Positions 42,143 to 57,170 of a stretch of DNA of 64,000 bases are shown here, piece after piece. Numbering within the stretch: position 1 is the first letter of the stretch; every line of letters starts with the position of its first letter. The stretch covers positions 24,614,001 to 24,678,000 of the forward strand of contig OX597834.1 in the NCBI GenBank assembly GCA_951406725.2, written 5' to 3'. Source of the DNA: Octopus vulgaris (Eukaryota). The position numbers were made by a program, and so were the translations under genes. The notes beneath the pieces were generated by a model that was not told the origin of the DNA, searched no databases, and worked only from the letters and a program-made list of their open reading frames with translations.

Positions 42143-42187
42143 ATACAACATATGTTTCGACACATCAGTCTGGATCTCATCAGGTAC
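42143..42187 (-). ncRNA. Minimal type I hammerhead ribozyme with palindromic stem III
   Basis: Minus: GTAC-CTGATGA-GAT ccagactgatgt GTC-GAAA-CATATG-TT-GTAT, then GCAATAAA. Intact cores, ACAUAUGU palindrome, GUU site. Confidence 0.75.
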
Positions 42188-42957
42188 CTTGATAAAGATA
42201 TGTCCCACTACAGATTTTTAGTGTCGGCTGACTTGTTATATGTCCATTTATTTAGGGAATGAATAAAAGCAAATAATATTACAGAAAGGCAAAAAAGTTC
42301 AAATATGAACGTGGAAATCTTGTGCTACTGTTTAGATAAAATTACCTAATCAGCTTTCGCTGTCATAACTGCTTAGAGGAAAAGAAAGTAGAAGGAGAAA
42401 AGAAAACTAATTCTTAGTGAAGTAGTTTGTATGTTCATACATATACATACAGACAGATAGACAGACACATACATATACAAATATGTATGCATTAAAAGAA
42501 AACAAAAGACATACGTCTTCTTTGGAAGTAGCATACATACTTCAAAAGAATATTTAGACGTAATTGTCCCAGTTTTTCTCCCTTATCTATTTAGTTACAT
42601 CCTTCTCTCATCTCACATCCCATCTCTCCTGCAGTGAACATATCTTACTAAAATACTGTCCCTATTTATGAAAAACCATGTACAAACAAACTCTATATAA
42701 CTTTCGGGTGAAATTCCATATTTGTTGTGGTTGTTGTTGCTGTTGTTGTTGTTATCGTTATTGTTGTTGTTGTTGTTTTTGTAATTGTTTGTTTTAGTAG
42801 ACCCTTATCCTGCAGTCTTATGATCAGGGTTCTGAGGTGATGATGCGTGTAAATTGTTAAGTGCAGTCATCGAGATTAGCAGACCGATGAATTGGAAGGT
42901 CTCTAGTCTGAAAATTATAAATATACAAAAACGGATCAGTCGGGGTACCTCTGATCT

Positions 42958-43002
<45 letters not shown>

Positions 43003-43020
43003 GTGCGTGCATGTGTAGAT

Positions 43021-43067
<47 letters not shown>

Positions 43068-43169
43068 TATACATCTCTCTCTCTATATATATATACATAT
43101 ATATATAGAGAGGGGGGAGAGAGTAATAAAGAGATAGATAGACAGATAGATAGATAATTAGATAGATAG

Positions 43170-43229
<60 letters not shown>

Positions 43230-44258
43230 TGATAGATAGGTATATTATACATAGATATATTATCTATGAAAATACAGAAATACAAAGATGCGTGCACACA
43301 CATACAGACGCGCACGCTCACGTCTCTATATATAATGTATGTATATTTTGGGCAAGTTTTTAACACTTTGCTACATATATGTTTGTGTGTGTGTTTGTGT
43401 ACGTGTGTGTGTATCCCTGTGTGCATGTGTGTGTATGTATCTATGCATGTGTAAGTTTTACATCGAGTTGCTTTAAGCGACTTGAAGCCAATCGCTCATA
43501 AAGCGACCAGTATTTTTGAGGTAAGAGAGTTCCCGGTGTTTGTAAATATGTAGTTGAGATGGTATATTGGTTGAGCTGTCGATGCATACACCCAAGTGTG
43601 TGCACTTTTCCATCTAAAAAATCTTCGATGGAGAATCTTTGGAATGTCTTACTAATCTTCACAATGCCTCTAATAGACTGGATTTGGAAAATCTGTGTCA
43701 GTTTATTTTGCTTCGAGAAACCTTGTATTTGTAGGTGTACGTGTAAATTTATTGGTATATAGCCTAATGTATCTCTGATGGTAGGTACAAATGAAAATGT
43801 ATGTATGCATGATATGCAGGTGGTAATAGTGCTGCTTGGGGAAAATTTGGTTCTTATGTTTTATTTCGCTAAAGATTTTTGTTTCAATGATAACGATTAT
43901 ATATATATGGATCTTTACCTTTTGACCAACAAATTAAAAAAAAAATTTTTTGTAACTAAACACTTTCAAACTTCGGACACTGGTAGAATGTGTCATATAA
44001 AACACCTTTTACTCTTAGCATTTTTTAGAAAAACTTATATTTATGAAGTTATTTCACGTTAAATTTGTCCTATTTCGGTAATTTCAACCAATGAATGACA
44101 TGTATTCAGCTGAACAAAATGACTGCTGTTTGGTAGCCTACTCACCATTCGTTCATGAGAAAAAAAAACCGTTGGAAAGCGAGCAGTAAACTTCATATTT
44201 TGTTTTTAATTGCTATACCCACCTATATATATATATATATATATATATATACGTATGC

Positions 44259-44291
<33 letters not shown>

Positions 44292-44409
44292 TGTATGTAT
44301 GTATGTATGTATGTATGTATGTATGTATGTATGTATGTATGTATGCTAAAATTCATATTTTGATTTTAATTGCTATAGCCATCTATATGTATATATATAT
44401 ATATATATG

Positions 44410-44605
44410 AGGAGAATTCACAAAAAAAAAAAGACGAAGACAGGTGGTGTAGACAACACACAGATATATTAGTATAACGCTCGGGAAGTGAATAAAGTCT
44501 TTAACGTGTCGAGCCTATGCTCTTCCACAGAAAGGAACACAGAAAGAAACAATGAGAGAAAATAAAGAATGTGTAGTGGTTAGCAATCTATCATGGCGAA
44601 TGCTG
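44410..44605 (-). mobile_element. Penelope-LTR-like repeat with minimal HHR-like motif (44499-44534)
   Basis: Minus: CTTT-CTGTGGA-A-GAGC atag GCTC-GACACGTT-AAAG; homologous to 50672-50860. Confidence 0.7.
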
Positions 44606-45864
44606 GACATGTATGTATATGTGTATGTATGAATGTATGTATATTTATGTATAATATACATATTATGTATATGCATATATACACACGCATACATAAACAT
44701 ACATATATGTGTGTGTATGTGTGTACGCGCGTGTATGTGTGTGAAATTAAATACGAATAAAATGTTACACAAAACATTGTTTGGTGAGGAGGGGATTAAC
44801 AATTCACAAAAACGGTTAGTTTTAGATTGATTTAATGACAAAATAAGAAAAGCAATTATTTTCGGTTATTGCAGGGAGTGTAATTAACATTATTGTTATT
44901 GTTGTTGTTGTTCCTGCTGCTATTGTTGCGCTTGTTTATTACATAGGCATAGAGTCAGCAATGGTCATCGATAAGATCGACACTAGTATCTCTCGTACTT
45001 TATTTAATTGACTCTAGCGTCGATAAAATAATGGACTGTCAGATACTCCCTAAATTTTCAAGTATTTAAGAAATTCATGTATTTAAATATAAAGATACAT
45101 TATGATTACAAAACGATGTACTGTGTAATTAATATGCACGTACAAGTTGCCAGAAATGTAATCAATATGATAACTGGTTTATCCAATAGTGTTACACCGA
45201 TAAAATTTGCAGGTATTGAAGCAATACATTCATGCATAGTTGATGGGTTGCGTGTGGTGCTGATGAAAGAGCAATAACTCCTGAAATATGTATCTACACA
45301 TATTACATATTTTTCTACGTTCCATAACATTGTTTACATAGATGTATTCATACACGCAACGTCGCAACGCGCAGTGGTGGCTCTGAATTTTATAGAAAAC
45401 CTATTGAGATAATGCCTGTACATAAACTCAAATATACACACAGATATTTGCATACATGCATCTACATATACAAACATATAGAAGGGCAAGCTTACGCATG
45501 TTAATGTATGCATCGATATATGCATGTGTATACACACACACACATACACACACACATACAAACGCACACGCGTGCACGCATTTCATTCCACATGCCTATA
45601 AGAAAAAAATCCGGATAAGCCTTCCTCACGGCAGGACACGGAGTTGAGCCAACAGCATCAATTTCCCACATTCACCAAATGCCACATGTCAGAGGAGCTT
45701 TTAATTAGTGAAGGTGTGGCAAAACTACCGGAGGTGCTCTAGCATGGACGTAGCTTTCGAGTCGAAATTAGCTAAGGCGTTAAAGAGTTATTTACATATA
45801 TACTCATTTATGTGTACACATAAATAACTATAAATACCTATATATATATATATATATATATAAC

Positions 45865-45896
<32 letters not shown>

Positions 45897-46135
45897 CGCA
45901 CACTCATACACAAATACAAACACAAACAAGCATACACAAAAACACACACGTACGCACGCACACACGCACACACATGTACACATATACACACACATAGACA
46001 CACACACACAGACTTTCTGGTGTCTAACATTCGGCAAGTCTCTCCGGTACAGCTAAAAAAATACACACATCAAAGGTATTCCATTATGACGAGGGTATTT
46101 ATGTTTGTCAGACTGGGTTGGTATATTTACATATA

Positions 46136-46224
<89 letters not shown>

Positions 46225-46501
46225 ATGTATGTATTATATATGTGTGTATGTATGTGTGTGCGTGTGTGTATATGTGTGTGTGTTTGTATGTGTGGGCGGA
46301 TCTATGCCTGTTTGTAATATATGTGAGCATACTTATGTATAAAGGCGTGTTTACAACATTAACGCATACATATATAGACACACACGTACACATACACACA
46401 CACACACACATATATATCTGCTAGTATATGTATATGTATATAAATAAAGATGCGGGTTATGTGTATATACGTATGTCCGTATGTGTGTGTTTGTATGCAT
46501 G

Positions 46502-46563
<62 letters not shown>

Positions 46564-46736
46564 TGTGTGTGAATGTAAGTATATACATACATACATAATA
46601 GAGACACATATATATATATACATATAGATGTATATATATAAATGCATGTGTGTATATGCATGCATGCATATTTATACACACACACACACACATATATATG
46701 ATTATGCATATATACATACACATAATACATACATGC

Positions 46737-46771
<35 letters not shown>

Positions 46772-47039
46772 GTGGTAGTAGTTTTAGGGTCTTTGTCAGA
46801 CAACTGTCTATTTCAATTCTATTACGTGGTTTCGCTGCCTTGAGTTACCTCGGGTGATTATGCGTGCGCGCGCGCACACACATTCAACTTGTACGAACAA
46901 ACGCATGCGCGTTGGTATTATTGTTACTGTTGTTGAGGTCGTTTAGCCCAGTGATATCATTATTGGCTCCAGCCTATAATCAAAATCGCCCCAATCGTGG
47001 AACTTTCACACAAAATTTCTTTGTGTATTATTCTTCTAG

Positions 47040-47215
47040 TCTTTCTTTTACTTGTTTCAGTCATTTGACTGTGGCCATGCTGGAGCACCGCCTTCTTTTA
47101 GTCGAAGAAATCGACCCCAGGACTTATTCTCCGTGAGCCTAATACTTATTCTATAGGTCTCTTTTGCCGAACTGCTAAGTCAGAGGGACGTAAACACATC
47201 AACATCGGTTGTCAT

Positions 47216-47220
<5 letters not shown>
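47040..47220 (-). mobile_element. SINE family B, 3' half
   Basis: TTACTTGTTTCAGTCATTTGACTGTGGCCATGCTGGAGCACCGCC; another partial copy on + at ~48300-48520. Confidence 0.85.
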
Positions 47221-47288
<68 letters not shown>

Positions 47289-47324
47289 ATACAAATGAGA
47301 AACAAAGATGTATAAGTGTCAATG

Positions 47325-47406
47325 CATTACGGCCGTTTCGAGCGACCTTTTTAATTGATCAATGAAAGCATTACATCATTACAAAGAAAACCATTCTCAT
47401 CAGATA
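47325..47406 (-). ncRNA. Hammerhead motif with intact cores, long weak stem II
   Basis: Minus: TAT-CTGATGA-GA...TC-GAAA-CGGCCG-TA-ATG; palindromic ACGGCCGU stem III, GUA site, 3-bp stem I. Confidence 0.6.
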
Positions 47407-47673
47407 ACCGCATAGACCTCAAGCATAAAGGACAAGTTATATATTTAAATATATTCATATCATCAATACAGAGCAAATATTTACAATGATACCGCTGCTA
47501 AATTTTTTGGATTGCCAACAATTGTCATTTTTCATAAAAAAAACAGCGTAATTTGAAAGAGATTTGGCCGCTATTTCTAGTATGTCGGGCGTGTATTTAG
47601 ACTGAGTAAATTACAAAAATGCTATACATAATATGTGTGTGTATGTGGGTGTGTACGTGTGTGTGTGCGTGCA

Positions 47674-47712
<39 letters not shown>

Positions 47713-48649
47713 TGTATGTACATATGTATTTATGTATGCACGTACGTACGTATGTATATATGTATATATTTATGTATGTATGCGTGTGTGTGTTCGAGTG
47801 TGTACGTATGTGTATACGGAGAGAGAGAGGGAGAGGGAGAGGGACATAGAGACGGGGGAAGAGTTCAGACAGACAGACAGACAGATAACTATTTAGTCCC
47901 TGGTGACGTGTGTCTAATTGTGTCGGCATGGGGTTGTCGAAATCGCCCCAGACAACCCCGCCTACATCGGAATGTGGTGTCTCTGTAAACAATTACAACA
48001 AAAGAAGAAGAAGAAGAAGAAGAAGAAGAAGAAGAAGAAGAAGAAGAAGAAGAAGAAGAAGAAGAAGAAGAAGAAGAAGAAGACGACGACGACGGCGAGG
48101 TGGTCGCTATGATGACGCTCCACCTGCTGGAAATAGCAGCTAAAATTCTTCTAAATCACGTTTTAAAAACGGAAACGCATTGAGATATGTTCCCTATGGT
48201 GTAAACATACGTATATACATACGTGCGTATATATTTATATATAATATATATATATTCATCCACACACACACACACACAATGTATATGTGTGTGTGTGTGT
48301 GTCTTTGTGTCTGTGTTTGTCCCCCACCACCTCTTACCAACTGGTGTTTGTGCGTTTACGTCCCCGTAACTTAGCGGTTCGGCAAAACACACAGACAGAA
48401 CAAGTATTAGGCTTTTTCAAAATAGTCCTGGGATCGATTCATTCGACTAAAACCTTTCAAGGAAGTGCCCCAGTATGGCCGCGGCTTAACGACTGAATCA
48501 AGTTAAAGATGGAAGATAAAAGATACGTGTGTATGCATGCATGTGCGCGTTAATTTATGACAACCGTTTCGTTACAGCACATTCACTGATGGAGGTACTC
48601 AATACTAAAAGTCGAGTAAAGTATATTATAAACTTGTTTTACCTGGAAA

Positions 48650-48996
48650 GTGAAGGCGCATGGCTCAGTGGTTAGAGCGTCGAGCTTACGATCGTGAGGT
48701 TGTGAGCTCGAATCCCGGACCGGGCTGCGTGTTGTGTTCTTGAGCAAGACACTTTATTTCACGTTGCTCCAGTTCACTCAGCTGTAGAAATGAGTTGCGA
48801 CGTCGCTGGTGCCAAGCTGTATCGACCTTTGTCTTTCCCTTGGATAACACTGGTGGTGTGGAGAGGGGAGGCCGGTATGCATGGGCGACTGCTGGTCTTC
48901 CATAAACAACCTTGCCCGGACTTGTGTCTAGGAGGGTAACTTTCTAGGTGCAATCCCATGGTCATTCATGACCGAAGGGAGTCTTTACCCTTTACC
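48650..48996 (+). mobile_element. tRNA-derived CORE-type SINE, full length, 11-bp TSD
   Basis: GGCGCATGGCTCAGTGGTTAGAGCG head; TTGAGCAAGACACTTTATTTCAC core; TTACCTGGAAA at 48639-48649 and 48997-49007. Confidence 0.93.
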
Positions 48997-49567
48997 TTAC
49001 CTGGAAATTTAAGTTATGTTTGACGCTTTATTAAAGCAGCCTGGCCCAGTCGGCCGGCAGCCCAAAATTAAAATCCCAGCCAAAACAAATATTATAATCT
49101 ATATATAAATGTGTGTGTCTGTGTGTACATAAAAATTTGTGTGTGCATAAATATATGTGTGTGTAGGTATGAATGTGTATGCGCGTGTTATACACTGAAG
49201 GTAGGTATGCTCCAAAATGATGAGACATAAAGGTGTGTTGTACACGGTTGGTGGAATACGCTGTTTTCTAGAGCCATCAATGCAGTAAGCGTGATTTTGA
49301 GTTAGCAGAAGTTCACGCACAAATACGCGCGCGCATACACAGAGCACACACTAACACAGTCATACACAGGCGCACACTAACACACACACACACACATACA
49401 CATATACATACGCACACAAAAGGAAAGTTAATAAGCGACTTATAATACAGAAGATATAAAGTTTCCTGGAATATTTCGCTCAGGTATGATGAATTGTTTT
49501 AAATGTTGGCACAGTTTTACCGGATCAGACGAGGCAGATTCGCAGATAACATATATATATCTTTAAA

Positions 49568-49643
<76 letters not shown>

Positions 49644-49909
49644 TCTTTTCTGCTTTAATTCCCTGAATTCTTTCGTCTTAAAAAGAAAGGTTTAGTTTCT
49701 AACAATGGAATAAGACTACTTAACAAACGACCCTGGAATTTAGACGATAAGTTACTGTGTAAAGTTATATGATAGATTTTAGAAAAGCTTTGCATATTTT
49801 CAGTGTTCTGCTTATAGGTTACATTTGAAGAATACTTTGCGGAAGATGATCGCTTTCTTGGCCAGAATACTTCAACATAATCAAAATATTACACATACAC
49901 ATGCACGCA

Positions 49910-50150
49910 CGGTTGTCGAGCGATGTTGGGTGGGGGGATAAACACAGACACACAAACACACACATACACACACACACACATATATATACGGCGGGTTTCT
50001 TTCAGTTTCCGTCAATCAAATTCACTCACAAGGATTTGGTTTGCTCGAGGCTATAGTAGAAGGCACTTGCCCAAGGTGCTACGCAATGGGACTGAACCTG
50101 GAATCATATGGTTGGGAACCTAGTTTCTTACCATACAACCACTCCAGCGC
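49910..50150 (-). mobile_element. SINE family B, 5' part
   Basis: Homology to 10240-10497. Confidence 0.82.
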
Positions 50151-50179
50151 TTATAAATACACGCACTCATGTGCTTTTG

Positions 50180-50345
50180 GCGATTTCTTTTCCTCTTCTG
50201 GACTTTCCCTTTTCTCCTTTCCAGCGAAGAGCTATGCGAGAAACGTCAAAGTTTCTCTTTTCACCGAGCGCCAAGTTAATACAGTTTTTGTACACGTCCT
50301 CTTGTTCTCCATTAATTTTATTATTCGTTGTTGAAAACTGTTTGT
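50180..50345 (+). mobile_element. Penelope-LTR-like repeat with degenerate minimal HHR-like motif (50217-50251)
   Basis: CTTT-CCAGCGAAGAGCTATGCGA-GAAACGTC-AAAG; homologous to 38090-38250. Confidence 0.55.
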
Positions 50346-50377
50346 TTATTTAGATTGACTGTATATGTATGTATATG

Positions 50378-50435
<58 letters not shown>

Positions 50436-50470
50436 TATACAGTCAATCTAAATAAACAAATATATATATG

Positions 50471-50860
<390 letters not shown>

Positions 50861-51547
50861 CATGTGTGTGAGTTTCTATAAAACTTTTAAAAAGTTGATG
50901 ATGGGCCATAACATACTCATTGCCTTATTCAGCCGTGGATTTGTAAAAGTGGTCAATATCTCTGCTGTAGAGACTCAGATGCCTTCCCAAACCCATTCCA
51001 AAATTTCTGTTGGTTCACAACAGTCTATCTTTTAAAGAAAGGTTAATAGGGACCAGGTTTTTGATAATTAAAGCACGAACATTCTTTATTCCCCAGAGTC
51101 AGGGGAATCACTTTCTGTATTGCTGTTGTATCCCAGGATTTTTATTACCGAATATCTCCGCCTCGGCATCACGTGATCAGAGTGGGTGGGCTCTTTTACT
51201 CATGTGTTGGTGAGGGGTGATAGTCCTTTGTGAGACACTCACAGGAATGAAAAATGGTATTATTTGAAATGAAAATAAATAAATTTGGGTTTATATCAAT
51301 GATATATTTATATATATAAAAAAAGAAACTTGGGGAAAAATTTCCGGAAGTTTAACGAGAATGTTTTTTCTATAACACTATCAAACAGAATTGTAGCCAG
51401 ATCGTGGATTTCTTACCCCACAGGGGATCCTATTACTACTACTGAAAAAGTCACTTTTACTATTGAAATAATGTGAGAAAAAAATGTAGAATTTCTCATT
51501 GCAGATGTGTTAATAACTCTGTATGATTCCCTTGAGCACACACACAA

Positions 51548-51626
<79 letters not shown>

Positions 51627-51648
51627 TGTATGTATGTATGTATGTATG

Positions 51649-51697
<49 letters not shown>

Positions 51698-51752
51698 ATG
51701 TATGAATGCATGTATGTGTTTGTATGAATGTGTGTATGTGTATGTATGTATG

Positions 51753-51805
<53 letters not shown>

Positions 51806-53508
51806 ATGTATATATATATATATATTTATTTATATATATATATCTATAATTTATGGAATTATATCTTGCGGAGAAGACTGTAAGTACATGTGGTCTTAAA
51901 CTGCACCGAAGAAAAATTCGGTAGAGAGGGGCAAATAAGGACACTATGTTGCAGATATGATAATGACTACAGTGAACCGTTAACGAGAAAATCAAATATT
52001 TCTGAGTATAAGGGGATCTCTCTGTTCCTTTATAAATAATGTCTGTATTTTATTTGTTTGGTTGTTTGTTTGTTGATGGCTTTCATTGATGGGAAATTGC
52101 AAACAGGCCTTTGATGAAAGGGAATTTATTAAAGTCTGTCCTGGTGCGATGCCTCCAGCGATTTAACAAAACAGAAGGCATGCTGCAAAGGATCTCTCTC
52201 TCTCTGTGTCTTAATCTCTTACTCCCTCTCCTCCCTCCTCTCTCTTCCCTCTCTCTCTTTCTCTCTCCTCTGTCCCCCCTCTCTGTCCTCGCTCTCTATT
52301 CCTTTCTCTCTCTTCTTCTCTCTCTCTCTTTCTCTCTCTCTATCACCATGTGTCGGTTTTATAAACAGATAACAAGAGAGGGAGAGATAGGGAGAGAGGG
52401 GGAGAGAGAGGGAGAGAAAGGGAGAGAAAGGGAGAGAAAGGGAGAGAAAGGGAGAGAAAGGGAGAGAGAGAGAGAGAGCAAGCACCAAAGTTTGTTTCTT
52501 GCCCTCCTCCACTATAAAGATACAGAGAAAGTTTGACAAATTTCAATCAGTTACACACACAGACACACACACATGTATGTTTGCATGTATATACACATGC
52601 ATATCCACCACCCCACACACATATATATATTATATGCGCGCGTGCGTGTGTGTATACACTCACTGATTTTATATCGCAATTGATGAACAGCAGCATCTTT
52701 GGTTACAGCTTTCCGAGGGACCAATTAGAGGTTCACAATATTTCTGAGGGCGAGAACGACAAGGGTTTACTTCTGGGATACGGGCGGTACAAATACCTTA
52801 CAGGGTATTTTTATTCGAAAGTACCGGATTTTTACTCAATATCTTGCAGGGCTAGCGGCAGCCATTTTTTAATCGGGGTTAGAACAAGAGGAGGCGATAG
52901 GTAGGGTGTCTAGAAAGTTGCTCTTTTGATGGTAAAAGGTTTTAAGCGAAAATAAATTGGAGCGGGGATTCTGGAATCAAGGTTGCTGTTATTGTTGTTT
53001 TTTAGCCCCGGATCAGTCCTTCAGCAGATCTGTGATCAAAAAGATTCCAGCCGTGACTATATCATCTTTTTCTAATATACAAGTAAGTTAACCATGACTA
53101 CACATTAACCAATGTGTTTTGCTTTAAGAAGATTTGGCTGCTACTTCTAGCAAAGTGTGCGACTATGTAGTTTGTTTCTTTCGTTGTACCGTGGTTTCGA
53201 GATGATTGTTGGAGGTGCAGAGGAGTGAGATATGAAGGGGATGGTGCGTCGTCGAGATCTTAGTGATGCACAGGGCATATGCTGCATAGTTCAGAAGTGT
53301 TGGAATCGCTGATGTAAGACAATGGATGCGGCTTATTATAATCACGATTGCGTTAAGCAGTTATTGTTATCAAAATTTTGTTGCACGAAACTATTTCCTT
53401 GCTTAGTGTTAACGGCCGATAATTGGCGGGTTGAAATTAGTGGGCCCTAAACTGTCTCCCTGCTTAATGTTAGAAACCGGATTATTGCTATAAAAACTAT
53501 TTCCCTGT

Positions 53509-53730
53509 TTAATGTGTTTAAACCGGCCATATCAGGCCAAAATTGTCTTCATGTTTTATGCTCAAACCAACCAGCTCTGACCTCTCACACCTACCCTACA
53601 AAGCCATTCTAAAAATAAACAGGGACATCATCAAAATCCCAGAGTTACAAGATGCTGTACAATTAATTTAAAACAATGTGATTAAAGAGGCTTTACATTT
53701 GACAGATTAATCTGAATGCTGAAGGGTTAA
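53509..53730. mobile_element. Putative piggyBac-type MITE remnant
   Basis: Ends TAATCTGAATGCTGAAGGG|TTAA (CCCT-type terminus plus TTAA); left end degraded. Confidence 0.45.
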
Positions 53731-54181
53731 TGTTATTAAGTGGTTATTATTATCAAAATTAGCAGGCTATAAAATAATTTTGCTGCTTAATAGTATCAGC
53801 CGGCTATTCTTAACGAAAAGGGATTTCTGTAGGTGAAACCGTGCTACTCTATAATATTCTCAAGGAGGAGAGCTATTATGATTAGTTCCCTCTATTTACT
53901 CATTTATTTCCGCCCAAACTGCTTTTTGGCAGCATTAACGGCAGTGCTCCAGCATGGCGGCAGCTCTCGAGTTGAAATAAAAAATTTAATAGCAAGTAGG
54001 TTAAAAATAGCATTAGGTGAAGGTATGGCTGTGTGGTTCAGAAGCTCGCTTTTCAACGACGTGGTTTCCGGTTCAGTACCACTGCGCCGTATCTTGAGCA
54101 AGTATTTTCTACTCTAGCTTCGGGCCGACCAGTCCCTTGTGAGTGGATTTCCTAGATAGATATTGTGTTGATATATTGTCG

Positions 54182-54250
<69 letters not shown>

Positions 54251-54599
54251 ATGCATGTATGTATGTATGCATGTATGTGCAGATTTGTATATTTTATGTA
54301 TGTATTCTCATGCGTATAGTAGCATATCTAGACATGCTCATATATATTTAAATGATAAACTTCTGGAAAGTTTTACAGATATTTACAATTCCAGTGATGG
54401 ATTGGATCTGTAGTCTTCGAATTAGCTTTCTCCTTTTTGGTTAAGAGAAGCCTAATTTCTCAAGATTGGTATTCAGACAATGTGTTACATATCTCAGGGC
54501 CTCAATAATTACAGGTATAAACTTGAACTTGTTTTCTGGGTAGAGTAACTACAGATTTCTCAATAGTTCAGCATAAATGTTCTCTAATTTTCACTAATT

Positions 54600-55015
54600 A
54601 GGCGCAAGAGTGGCTGTGTGGTAAGTAGCTTGCTAACCAGCCACATGGTTCCGGGTTCAGTTCCAATGCGTGGCATCTTGGGCAAGTGTCTTCTACTATA
54701 GCCCCGGGCCGACCAATGCCTTGTGAGTGGATTTGGTAGACGGAAACTGAAAGAAGCCTGTCTTATATATGTATATATATATATATATATATGTGTGTGT
54801 TTGTGTGTCTGTGTTTGTCCCCCTCGCATTGCTTGACAACCGATGCTGGTGTGTTTACGTCCCCGTCACTTAGCGGTTCGGCAAAACAGACCGATAGAAT
54901 AAGTACTGGGCTTACAAAGAATAAGTCCCGGGGTCGATTTGATCGACTAAAGGTGGTGCTCCAGCATGGCCGCAGTCAAATGACTGAAACAAGTAAAAGA
55001 GAGAGAAAAAGAGAG
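54600..55015 (+). mobile_element. tRNA-derived SINE family B, full length
   Basis: GGCGCAAGAGTGGCTGTGTGGTAAGTAGC...CCGGGTTCAGTTCC...TTGGGCAAGTG...GACTGAAACAAGTAAAAGAG; partial copy at ~54015-54160. Confidence 0.93.
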
Positions 55016-55190
55016 TAATCTTCAGCTTTATGTTCGCATCCGGTGAGCAGCTAATTTCCACAACTGTGCACAGTTTCTCTTCTCAATCCCAAATCATTAT
55101 ATCAGGTCTGTTGTACTTATATTTTATTGCGGTCTTCCTTGATACATTCCACAATTATTCCTTTTTTATTATGAGTAGGTATGGCTTCCA
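55015..55190 (-). mobile_element. RLE non-LTR retrotransposon endonuclease fragment
   Basis: Minus: LWNVSRKTAIKYKYNRPDIMIWD*EEKLCTVVEISC. Confidence 0.75.
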
Positions 55191-55679
55191 TATATAAGTC
55201 TGCGTCAGTCTTCTTCAAACCACATGCTGAAGTTTGTACAAGTCATAAAGTAGGATATAATAAGTATAATGCAGTCCAGAGATGGAATGCAGAATATCTG
55301 GAAGTGTTTATAGTCTGGATGGGGTTGGGGGAAGTGGAAGAAGAGCAAGACGCTTTATGGCAGAAAGACATTCGGTCATAGGTCATGCAGGGGAGCTGAT
55401 CCTTGGAGCAAAGCAACAACAACGATGATGCCAATAACTACTACATCAACAACAGCAACACAACCACTATCAACAACAACAAAGACGGCGACGCCAACAA
55501 CAAAAACAAAACCAACAACAAAAACAAAGGCAACAAAAAACAACAAAGACTGTAGTAAGTACATGTCTATGGTCGTTCTAAATTCATTTTATATCTAAAA
55601 CATCTCTCAAGAAAAAACCGTTTATTTACAAACATCATATCGTTATGTAACTTTATCTGGGAAAGAAAATATCTGCTTG

Positions 55680-56085
<406 letters not shown>

Positions 56086-56612
56086 TGCACTCGCTCAAAA
56101 ATAATGCTAACTTATTGACATCTACCTAGCAATGGTCAAACGTTTTTTTTTTTCTACTCCAAAAAATTACTATTAAAATGGAAAAACATAACCACCACCA
56201 CCACCACCACCACCACCTCGACCACCACCATAACGACAACAGCAACAACAACAGTTAAAGCAACAACGTTTTACAACAACAGCAACAACAACAAGAACAA
56301 TAGCCTAAACAACAGTGCCGCTACCAAATAGAACGTTTCTTTTCATCTTCAAAGAACAAAACGGGAGAAAAAAAAAAGAGAGAGAGAGGGGGGGAGAAAA
56401 ACCAGAGTACAACAATAACAACACAAACAAACCGAAATAACGATGAAGGAATCAAGCATATGGTTCAGGTTTTTGCTTCCAAATACAAACCAATATTTTT
56501 CAATTTTCTACGTTTGAAAATAATTTAATTTAACGCCATCTCACGAAAACAATAATTCTATTTAGCCTACCTAGTTTGTCTAGAGAACTTTTATATACAT
56601 GCACACACACAC

Positions 56613-56701
<89 letters not shown>

Positions 56702-56795
56702 TGTGTATGAGTGTGCGTGTATGCATGCGTTTATATAGTATATAGTATATACATATGTACATATATATATACATATACATATATATACATATATA

Positions 56796-56837
<42 letters not shown>

Positions 56838-56998
56838 CGTGTGTGTGTGTGAGTGTGTGTTTTTGTGTCTGTGTGTGTCTATGTTTCTGTGTTTGTGTGT
56901 GCGTGTGTTCGTATGAAAATATCTTCCAGAAGTTACTTTTGTGCCTGGAATAAAGAAAATAACCAATTTTAAATGGAAAGCTATATAAATACATGTGT

Positions 56999-57055
<57 letters not shown>

Positions 57056-57106
57056 GTGTGTGTACGTGCGTGCGTGTGTGTGTGTGCGCACGGGTGTGTA
57101 TGCATA

Positions 57107-57170
<64 letters not shown>

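Noticed and set aside
48652-48725. tRNA-like sequences (also 34551-34625, 54600-54675, 1040-1110)
   Set aside because: A/B boxes are present but acceptor stems do not close and each continues into a SINE body; these are SINE heads, not tRNA genes.
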